This document shows positions 1 to 7,371 of a stretch of 64,000 nt of DNA, piece after piece. Every line of letters begins with the position of its first letter. The stretch's first letter is position 1. The notes under the pieces are model-generated. The model did no database searches and was not told the origin of the DNA. It saw only the letters and a program-made list of their open reading frames with translations. The position numbers and the translations under genes were made by a program. Source of the DNA: Gammaproteobacteria bacterium (GTDB taxonomy: Bacteria; Pseudomonadota; Gammaproteobacteria; GCA-2400775); NCBI GenBank assembly GCA_015492075.1, contig WGFU01000034.1, positions 7,566-71,565 of the forward strand, read 5' to 3'.

Positions 1-211
1 CCCAGACCATGCTATACCCTCCCCTTTGCCGTGCTGAAATGCCATTGTGCCCCTAACTGTGGTTATAGCATAGGTGTTATTGTAAATATGAATAATAAGC
101 TTCCTTCCTATAGTTATGATCAATCGGTTTGCTGGTCGATTGTGCCTGGCGCTCAAAAGTGCGTAACCAATTGTTTAAAAAGTAAAAAAATGATTATTTG
201 GAGACTATAGA

Positions 212-1027
212 GTGCCGTTGCTAAATCCTTGGGCGGTGATTCGGACCGAATTTGCTGCTATCGAAAGCGAAGCCGAGCAACTACGTAGCAAGCGGGGTGG
301 ACCGGACTGGCGCCCGCTGATTGCCTTGCTGGTCACTGTATTGGTATTGCTGGCGATCCACTATCTAAAGTTTGCCTCTGTCTTCGAAGCGCTGATGCAA
401 GGATTGGTTGGAGATGAAGCGTATGGCGGGCTACGTCAACACCCATACTTTGCCTTGTTTTCCGAGTTGTGGTGGGGGCTTTGTCACTTGGTGGGTTACG
501 TCATCGTTCCCGTATTCGTTATCAAGTTTTTGTTCAAGGAACGTCTTCGTGATTATGGCCTTGGCTGGAACCAAACCAGCCGCTATCTACCCTGGTGCAT
601 TGTTATCGCAGTGTTGGTGGTGAGCTTCGCTTACTTTGCCAGTCACCGCAGTGATTTTTTAAACCACTATCCTTTTTACGGTTTGGCGCAACGTAGCGTG
701 TTGGATTTGCTGATGTGGGAAGGTATCTATATCGCGCAATTTATCTTTCTCGAGTTCTTTTTTCGTGGCTTTTTACTGCATTCTTGCCACCAGCGTTTTG
801 GTGCCACGGCCTTGTTCGTAATGGTTGTGCCTTATGTCATGATTCATTTTAGCAAGCCATGGCTTGAAGCCAGTGGCGCGCTATTGTTTGGCTTGGTGTT
901 GGGGATCATCGCATTGCGCTCGCATTCGATATGGGGCGGCGTTTTTGTGCATAGCAGTGTCGCCCTGGCGATGGATATCATGGCCTTGGTGCAAACGGGG
1001 CGTTTGCCAGCGAACTGGGCGCCATGA
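212..1027 (+). CDS. CPBP-family (CAAX/Abi-type) intramembrane glutamic endopeptidase
   Basis: 271-aa ORF with GTG start. Polytopic, about 7 hydrophobic segments. LEFFFRGFLLH resembles the catalytic EExxxR motif and FVHSSVALAMD a distal His motif of the family. Stop overlaps the next start (ATGA, 1024-1027). Confidence 0.65.
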   Translation: MPLLNPWAVIRTEFAAIESEAEQLRSKRGGPDWRPLIALLVTVLVLLAIHYLKFASVFEALMQGLVGDEAYGGLRQHPYFALFSELWWGLCHLVGYVIVPVFVIKFLFKERLRDYGLGWNQTSRYLPWCIVIAVLVVSFAYFASHRSDFLNHYPFYGLAQRSVLDLLMWEGIYIAQFIFLEFFFRGFLLHSCHQRFGATALFVMVVPYVMIHFSKPWLEASGALLFGLVLGIIALRSHSIWGGVFVHSSVALAMDIMALVQTGRLPANWAP

Positions 1028-1764
1028 CGATGCGTAGCGTTAATCTTAATGCCGGTCTTTGGGCTGCTAGCGCGCTGCTAGGGTTATTGTTGTCATTGGT
1101 GGTGGCTTGGCATTTGCTTTCAGCGCTTAATTTTTTTTATCCACAGCTATATGAACCGATCGGGATTGGTGAAAACATCGCGGAGTACGGCCCATTAAAC
1201 CGTAACCGGCTGGGGTTTGCAACCACTGGGCGCGCTGAGCATGAGCGTTTGATGGCCGAGCTGGTTACGGCAATTAACCATGGTGGCCAAGGCTTGGCGG
1301 CCATTGAATATCGGGATCATCAAGGCAAACCCATCGATAGCTTGTTGACCGCCGCCGAGATTACGCATTTACGTGATGTGGCAAAGTTAGTTCATTGGAT
1401 GAACGGTTTGGGCGTATTGCTGGTAATAATGATGTTTGCACTAGTGACTTGGTTGCGCGCCCGCGCGGCGCGCATGCCCAGCCTGTCGCGCTTGTTAATA
1501 AAAGTTGTGATGGTACTAACGCTGGCCGCTGGGATCGTATGGATAGTGGGGCCGGTAAAAGTATTCTATCAACTCCATATCTGGCTGTTCCCGGAGAAAA
1601 ACCAATGGTTTTTTTATTACCAGGATTCCTTGATGACGACGCTACTCAAGGCGCCGGTGATATTTGGACCGATAGCATTTGCCTGGGTGTTGACTGCTGT
1701 ACTGGTCTGGTGGCTATTGTTTTCTCTGGTGGCTTGGGTAATGCGATCCATAGACGATAATTGA
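1024..1764 (+). CDS. DUF1461 / TIGR01906 (Lit-like) integral membrane protein
   Basis: 246 aa with an N-terminal TM, a loop of about 100 aa and three C-terminal TMs. FYQLHIWLFPEKNQWFFYYQDSLMTTLL fits my recollection of the family signature. Translationally coupled to the CPBP gene. Confidence 0.5.
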   Translation: MTMRSVNLNAGLWAASALLGLLLSLVVAWHLLSALNFFYPQLYEPIGIGENIAEYGPLNRNRLGFATTGRAEHERLMAELVTAINHGGQGLAAIEYRDHQGKPIDSLLTAAEITHLRDVAKLVHWMNGLGVLLVIMMFALVTWLRARAARMPSLSRLLIKVVMVLTLAAGIVWIVGPVKVFYQLHIWLFPEKNQWFFYYQDSLMTTLLKAPVIFGPIAFAWVLTAVLVWWLLFSLVAWVMRSIDDN

Positions 1765-1892
1765 CGAATTTGGCCGGTTTTTACGGTATGCCTTTTCTGT
1801 TGCGCCGGGTGTGCTTGAGTGCGGTAGTTGATTCTGCTATCGTACGCGCCAACGGATTCGGGTAATTTAAAGATTAATTTGCGGAGGTAAGT

Positions 1893-1982
1893 ATGGCGGC
1901 ACGTGATGATTTTATACTGATTCTTTTCCTGGTTGTAGTGGTCACTGGTTTGTATTTTCTTGGTACGAGCCTCAGCAGTTAA
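1893..1982 (+). CDS. 29-aa hydrophobic micro-ORF (hypothetical single-TM peptide)
   Basis: ATG 1893 is preceded by GGAGGT (1884-1889). Product is MAARDDFILILFLVVVVTGLYFLGTSLSS. A rho-independent terminator follows at 2037-2068. Below the ORF-track size cut-off. Confidence 0.3.
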   Translation: MAARDDFILILFLVVVVTGLYFLGTSLSS

Positions 1983-2036
1983 GCCAGAACACGGGTTACG
2001 GCTGGGCACGGTTGCCGTGTTGAGCCGCCAAATAAA

Positions 2037-2068
2037 AAGTCAGGCACATAGCGTGCTTGGCTTTTTTT
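2037..2068 (+). terminator. rho-independent terminator upstream of birA
   Basis: 11-bp stem AAGTCAGGCAC/GTGCTTGGCTT (two G-U pairs), 5-nt loop, followed by T7 (2062-2068). Confidence 0.6.
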
Positions 2069-2087
2069 ATGCCTGGCTATTTCCCCT

Positions 2088-3083
2088 ATGTCTGCTGTCA
2101 GTTCCATGCCGCCCACAATACGCCAGCGCTTGATCCAGCGCTTGTCAACAGGCCGATTTTACTCAGGCGAGCAACTTGCTGCCGAGCTTGTGCTAAGCCG
2201 CACAGCAGTATGGAAGCACATTGCATCCTTGCGTAAGTCAGGTCTTGCGATCGACGCTGTACGCGGTAAGGGTTATCGTCTGATGACTGAAATAGAGTTG
2301 CTGGACCGGGATAGCATTATAGAAGCTATTGATGCGACTTGTATGGCGCAGTTAGGAGATATTTTGTTGTTTCCCGCGTTACCCTCTACTAACGACTACT
2401 TGCTGCAGCAGCCGTCTTTGGCGACGCGGGAAGTCGTTATCGCCGAGCAGCAAACAGCTGGGCGTGGTCGCCAGGGGCGCTCTTGGCTGGCCCCTTTCGG
2501 CAGCATTACGCTATCCCTGGGTTGGCGTTTTCAGCGTGCGGCCGCAGCGATGTCCGGCTTGACGCTGGCCTTGGCGATGGCGGTTATCTGCGCCATGGAA
2601 TCGGGGCGCGAACAAAAGATCGGTGTAAAGTGGCCTAATGATATTGTTTTTGAAGGTAACAAACTCGCCGGTATTCTTGTCGAAATGCGTGGCCAGAGCC
2701 ATGGTCCGGTTGATATAGTTATGGGCGTTGGCGTGAATATGGACATGCCTGCCGAGTGGAGTCAACGCATTGCACAACCAGTGACTGATATGAAAACTGT
2801 GTACGGAAAGTCTTTGTCTCGTAACCGCTTAATCGCAGATTTGATATCCCATTTGGTTGACGTCTGTCAGCGTTTCGATGAGTCAGGGTTTGCTCCATTT
2901 AAAGAGTCTTGGTTGCAACGCGATCAATATCGTGGTCAGCCGGTCGTGTTGCGCATGGATGAGTGCATCCACACAGGTTTGAATCAAGGTGTCGATGATA
3001 GCGGTGCCTTATTGTTGCGGCAGGGTGAGCGTACACACGCTTTTCATTCTGGCGATATAGAGTTAAGCCGATTCGAGATATGA
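2088..3083 (+). CDS. birA: bifunctional biotin-[acetyl-CoA-carboxylase] ligase / biotin operon repressor
   Basis: 331 aa. N-terminal winged HTH (GEQLAAELVLSRTAVWKHIASLRKSG) plus ligase core with the GRGRQGRSW motif. Confidence 0.9.
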   Translation: MSAVSSMPPTIRQRLIQRLSTGRFYSGEQLAAELVLSRTAVWKHIASLRKSGLAIDAVRGKGYRLMTEIELLDRDSIIEAIDATCMAQLGDILLFPALPSTNDYLLQQPSLATREVVIAEQQTAGRGRQGRSWLAPFGSITLSLGWRFQRAAAAMSGLTLALAMAVICAMESGREQKIGVKWPNDIVFEGNKLAGILVEMRGQSHGPVDIVMGVGVNMDMPAEWSQRIAQPVTDMKTVYGKSLSRNRLIADLISHLVDVCQRFDESGFAPFKESWLQRDQYRGQPVVLRMDECIHTGLNQGVDDSGALLLRQGERTHAFHSGDIELSRFEI

Positions 3084-3814
3084 TTTTACTCGTTGATGTA
3101 GGCAATACCCGAATCAAGTGGGCATTATCACACGACGGAATATTGTCCGAAAAAAATGCGATAGTGCATGATAATGCTTTTAGCGCTATTTTAGATCGCT
3201 CATGGATGGCCTTGGCCACGCCAGAGAAAGTTGTTATTGCTAACAGCTTACAGTTATCGTCAGCACAACAAATAGAGTGGTGGGTGCAGCGGCGGTGGGC
3301 GTGCCCCGTTATCACCTTGAGCACGCCGGAAACAGGGCATGGTGTTAGCAATGCCTATGTGCAGTCGCAAGATCTCGGTATAGACCGTTGGTTGAATATA
3401 CTGGCTTGTCATCATTTGATTGATGGTGCTGCTTGTGTGGTTGATTGTGGAACAGCGGTCACCGTTGACGCGATACAGGCAGATGGCCAACATCTTGGCG
3501 GTTGTATTTTGCCGGGACTGAAGATGATGCGCAGTTCTCTTCATCAGACCGGAGGGATTAGTGTAACGCAGCATACAGTTAACAATTTGTCGCCTATGAA
3601 CGCATCGACAAATGCGGCGGTCTATTGCGGTACCCTGTATGCGCTGGTCAAAGCGATTGATGCTATTGTCAGCGATATGAGAAATGAACTGGCAAGCGAT
3701 GCGCAGTGTATTATCACCGGCGGGGATGCCGAAGTGATTGCTCCTCTATTGCAGGTGGAGACGGTTCTTGATGAAAACTGTTTGTTCAAAGGGATGATTG
3801 TTTCGGTTAATTGA
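3080..3814 (+). CDS. coaX: type III pantothenate kinase
   Basis: 244 aa. The MILLVDVGNTRIKWA N-terminus is typical of CoaX. Start overlaps the birA stop (ATGA). birA-coaX adjacency is conserved. Confidence 0.9.
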   Translation: MILLVDVGNTRIKWALSHDGILSEKNAIVHDNAFSAILDRSWMALATPEKVVIANSLQLSSAQQIEWWVQRRWACPVITLSTPETGHGVSNAYVQSQDLGIDRWLNILACHHLIDGAACVVDCGTAVTVDAIQADGQHLGGCILPGLKMMRSSLHQTGGISVTQHTVNNLSPMNASTNAAVYCGTLYALVKAIDAIVSDMRNELASDAQCIITGGDAEVIAPLLQVETVLDENCLFKGMIVSVN

Positions 3815-3816
3815 TA

Positions 3817-4707
3817 ATGAAAAATATCTCATTATTTCTTTTGACGATAAATCTTATTGTCGGTCTTTGGTTGTACACCACAGTCAGTCAAACAGAATCT
3901 AGCGTCGCTGAAAAGCAAACACATACCGCCAATGTCGACGTCATTCTAACCTTGGATGAGATTGCCGGCGAGGTGGATAAACAACCATCGGATTTGCTGT
4001 CGGTAGACTCGATAGATGTGGTGGCAGCGACTGCCCCCTTGCCCGCAGCAAGCGATGCGGAGGATATGGTGGTCGTTGGCGAGGTGGCTACTACCAGCGA
4101 TGCGCCTAGCTTGCCCGATATGGATAAAGACCCGCAGCAGAGTCTGGAAAGTCTTCGACAAGATATTGAAACACGGGTCAAAGAGGTGATTGGTTTTGTC
4201 GGCGATGCTGTCGATGACATTGCGCCGCCAGCACCGACACCACATTGTTATACCCTGGGACCTTTCTCGTCGGTCGATGAGGCGGATCGTGCCGCACAAC
4301 GCTTGCAGGCGCAGAAGGTTAAAACCGTTAGTAGTCAAACCGAACAGCACCGGCCGGGGGGCTTTTGGGTGTATATCCCGAGTGATAGCCTGCGTAGTGC
4401 GCGCAAGCAAATCGACGAATTAAAAAAGCGCGGCATTAAGGACGTAGGGTTATCAACCCATCAAGGGGTGCGCCATTGGGTCTCGTTGGGTCTGTATAGC
4501 ACCCAGGAGCGCGCGCTGCGACGTCAGCGGGCATTGTCCAATATAGGCTTTTACACGCGCATGGAGCAGCGCACGGTCAAGACACCAGAGTACTGGGTCG
4601 ATATCACCCTGAGCCCCGAACAAGCATCTGACTTGATCGATAACGCGAGGAAAGACACTTGGCCCGAGCTGAAACAAGCATTTTGTCGTGGCACTGGAAA
4701 TTCATGA
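3817..4707 (+). CDS. SPOR domain-containing membrane-anchored protein
   Basis: ATG 3817 preferred over TTG 3811. Signal anchor MKNISLFLLTINLIVGLWLY, an acidic/Ala-rich linker, and C-terminal SPOR-like segments (GFWVYIPS..., HWVSLGLYSTQERA). Confidence 0.65.
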   Translation: MKNISLFLLTINLIVGLWLYTTVSQTESSVAEKQTHTANVDVILTLDEIAGEVDKQPSDLLSVDSIDVVAATAPLPAASDAEDMVVVGEVATTSDAPSLPDMDKDPQQSLESLRQDIETRVKEVIGFVGDAVDDIAPPAPTPHCYTLGPFSSVDEADRAAQRLQAQKVKTVSSQTEQHRPGGFWVYIPSDSLRSARKQIDELKKRGIKDVGLSTHQGVRHWVSLGLYSTQERALRRQRALSNIGFYTRMEQRTVKTPEYWVDITLSPEQASDLIDNARKDTWPELKQAFCRGTGNS

Positions 4708-4732
4708 CCAGTAAAGAGTAGAATACGCGTCC

Positions 4733-4768
4733 CTTAACCGGCATCCGCAACAATAGCTGCCGGTTAAG
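4733..4768 (+). terminator. perfect 11-bp hairpin between the SPOR gene and the tRNA (terminator-like, no U tract)
   Basis: CTTAACCGGCA (4733-4743) pairs with TGCCGGTTAAG (4758-4768). Loop is 14 nt. Confidence 0.3.
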
Positions 4769-4787
4769 TGTGAATAGCGCAAAATAT

Positions 4788-4863
4788 GCTGGCGTAGCTC
4801 AGTTGGTAGAGCTGCTGATTTGTAATCAGCCGGTCGGGGGTTCGAATCCTCTCGCCAGCTCCA
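4788..4863 (+). tRNA. tRNA-Thr (anticodon TGT)
   Basis: 76 nt. Acceptor GCTGGCG/CGCCAGC, D arm GCTC-AGTTGGTA-GAGC, anticodon arm GCTGA-TTTGTAA-TCAGC, T arm GGGGG-TTCGAAT-CCTCT, encoded CCA. Confidence 0.9.
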
Positions 4864-4900
4864 TTTAAATCAATGATTTAGATGAGTTCAATTTTTTCCA

Positions 4901-4925
4901 GGTTGCCAATATCAAATTGGCAACC
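4901..4925 (+). terminator. 10-bp perfect hairpin 37 nt after the tRNA
   Basis: GGTTGCCAAT-ATCAA-ATTGGCAACC. Only a weak T-rich tail (GTTTGG). Confidence 0.35.
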
Positions 4926-5464
4926 GTTTGGTAACCGACTTTTTTCATCGCACCCTGGCTCCATCCCTGTACGCTGTGGCGTGATGAAAAGAAAGCGATG
5001 CGGTGATCCGCTCACTAAACCCATTTGATAAGCGTCACCACGATGCTTTGATTCAATTTCTTGAACACCTGCCCCAAACCCCTTTCATGGCTTGGCAATA
5101 TCAACTTTAGCGCCATCGGCAGCAATTGTTAAGGCTGTCCTTCCTTCTTGCCGAGTGGCGGCTGGAAACCTAAGAAAGTCTTTTGCTGCGGTCTTTATTC
5201 ATGAAATAAGGCGAGTGTTACTCGTCATAATTGAGTGACTTCATCTTTGGCAGCACATGCTAAAAGGCGGGTGCGAAGATTCATTGCCTGTTGTGGCGAA
5301 AGGTTTTTCACTGGTCATAACGCGAGATATAGCTTACAGTTTCCACAGTAATAGGTGATTGGTTTGTGGGCCAATTATTGTTAGAGTGGTTCATCGTTGA
5401 TGTGCGGAATTTTCGAGTATGGTCTCGATAGAAAATCAATCGTATGCCCGCAAGGAGAGGAATA

Positions 5465-5593
5465 ATGAAAAAACTAATCTCAGTGATACTGTTGTCGATG
5501 TTTGTGGTTTCTGTCGCTATGGCGCATTCGGGTGGGACTGACTCAGAGGGTTGTCATAAGAACCATAAGACTGGTGACCATCACTGTCACTAG
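5465..5593 (+). CDS. 42-aa secreted His/Cys-rich mini-protein carrying a YHYH-like motif
   Basis: GGAG lies 7 nt upstream of ATG 5465. Product is MKKLISVILLSMFVVSVAMA/HSGGTDSEGCHKNHKTGDHHCH: a Sec signal with an AMA cleavage site, then a 22-aa mature peptide with 6 His and 2 Cys. Below the ORF-track cut-off. Confidence 0.5.
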   Translation: MKKLISVILLSMFVVSVAMAHSGGTDSEGCHKNHKTGDHHCH

Positions 5594-6168
5594 ACCGCTA
5601 GAGGCATTAACAACTGTACCTTTTGGCATTGCTATATATGTCTTGTAGAGGGAGCGTGGGCCGTAAAACGCGGTCTGATTTCTCCTGATATGTATTGCTT
5701 GCAGCTTCGTCTGGCGCTTCGCTTCTCTTTGCCTCATACCTGTACAATAATCCGATCATTAAACGGCGCGTAGCCTGCCCCTGGGGGTATCGTTGTTCGG
5801 GACAATTATTTTACCGCTGAGAAAGCGGCTTCCACTTGCTGCAATGCCCGAATAGCCTGCTTTTTCTGTAAGCTGCTTTCCCTTCATCTGTTTCTCCAAG
5901 ATCGAGCAGGCCTAACATAGCAACTGGACTGGTTATGACGGGGCGCGTCAGGCTGATTATATTGCCCTTCAATGGCTATGCAGTAGCCGTTTTCACACCA
6001 CCCTATATAAGCACGCCGATTAAGTGATAAGGCTAGGTTTAAGACAGAACAGCGATATCTCTGGCTTGCTGTCCCGGGTAATCGTTTGCACACAAATATA
6101 TTGTGCAACGGCTAAATTTGACTGTTGGCGAGATACGGGCCTACAGTCATTGCCAGTATCTGTAAAAC

Positions 6169-6928
6169 TTGGCGCCGGGCCTGAAAATATCAAAGAACTC
6201 TCCTAGCGGTTTGTCTAGAGGCGTTCACCTAGAGACGTTCACAGGGAGAGTTAATATAGTTAATTATATCACGGTGTTATCAGTGTTATTATTTGTTACA
6301 GCCTGCGGCGGCGGTGGGGGCGGCGGCAATAGCCCGGCAGCGGCGCAAACAAGTGCGACATTCGCTGGAATCTACAGCGGCACATTGACGCCAAATGGCG
6401 CTACTGCAGGCCCGGCGGTCGGTCTCATTACCTCAGATAAAAACGTTGTCGTGATCGATACGAGTAGCCTGGAGGCCTTTATTGGCACGATATCCGGCAC
6501 CTCACTGACGGGCATTTTGTATTCGTTCTCTGCGATGCCTGCTAGCGCCCAATTAAATACCGCTGTTGGCGACAATATCGGTGGTAGCTATAGTAGTTCG
6601 ATAGGGGGAGGGCAGTTTTCGCTTGACGCAGATAGAGATTTATATAACAGGCCTTCTTCGTTAGCCAAGCTTGAAGGGGTATGGGTGGACACTGTATTGA
6701 CTAACATTACAGGAGTCTCGACTTGGGTAATACAGGCTAACGGTTCGTTTATGGTGTCATCGACAGGTGGAATACCGCTTGACTATCGATGTGTCTAATT
6801 GTGCAGGTTTTAACGGTTCTTATAGCGGCTTTGCAGTGCTATCGGATACTGTGTTTGTTGATGACACAATAATCCTGTTTTTCAGCAACGGTGTGAATGC
6901 CGTTATTTCCGCACCTATAAAACAATAA
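6169..6928 (+). pseudogene. lipoprotein gene of unknown family, interrupted by an apparent +1 frameshift near 6779-6782
   Basis: Lipobox LLFVTAC followed by a Gly7 linker. The track ORF ends at 6798 (…STGGIPLDYRCV*), but the +1 frame continues with protein-like sequence TIDVSNCAGFNGSYSGFAVLSDTVFVDDTIILFFSNGVNAVISAPIKQ* to 6928, immediately before a terminator. Removing one nt in CTTGACT restores …GGIPLTIDVSNC…. Confidence 0.45.
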
Positions 6929-6961
6929 CCCGCATTTTCAGGCGCTTGTGGGTATTTTTTT
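6928..6961 (+). terminator. rho-independent terminator after the lipoprotein gene
   Basis: Stem ACCCGCA/TGTGGGT (one G-U pair), 12-nt loop, then A+T7 (6954-6961). Confidence 0.55.
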
Positions 6962-7371
6962 CGGTGGCCGTAGTTTGGTGGGGTACTGTTAGCTCAGAGG
7001 CGATAACCATTATGCTAAGCCGCCACTTTAAGAAATTTTTTGTGAGCCTAGTTAAGGTTTATCTTTGAGGTAGTTAGTGCCGTTTTCCTGCTGGCTATCG
7101 TTACCTCTGTTCCAGCAGCTTTCCACGTGTTTTTATGCTGCCTATGATATAGGCAGATCTGTGTTTCAAGGAATTGTCTCTAACGAACTTGGCCTGGAAG
7201 CTTGTTCAGGGATGTCCTGGTTTAGCGCTGCCTACCCAGGGCTAAGTGGATAAGGCAACTTTATAGTTAGTGGTGGAAACCTGTTTCTTGCTACAGTAGG
7301 CATATGCAGCAACGCGATCTGTGCTTGGCGCAGATGTCCCCTGCGTTGAATACAGTGGTGAGGGAGGGGTA

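Noticed and set aside
1617-2009. 130-codon minus-strand ORF
   Set aside because: It overlaps the 3' end of the DUF1461 gene antisense. Its composition is polar and low-complexity with no start context, so it is most likely a shadow ORF.
4864-5464. Search for an integrase or phage remnant and for an att-type direct repeat next to tRNA-Thr
   Set aside because: Six-frame reading gave only short fragments with no recognisable tyrosine-recombinase motifs. No copy of the tRNA 3' end longer than about 8 nt was seen downstream. I therefore do not call a mobile element.
6988-7000. tRNA-like D-arm string GTTAGCTCAGAGG
   Set aside because: The flanking sequence cannot form the acceptor, anticodon or T arms, so this is not a tRNA or a clear tRNA fragment.
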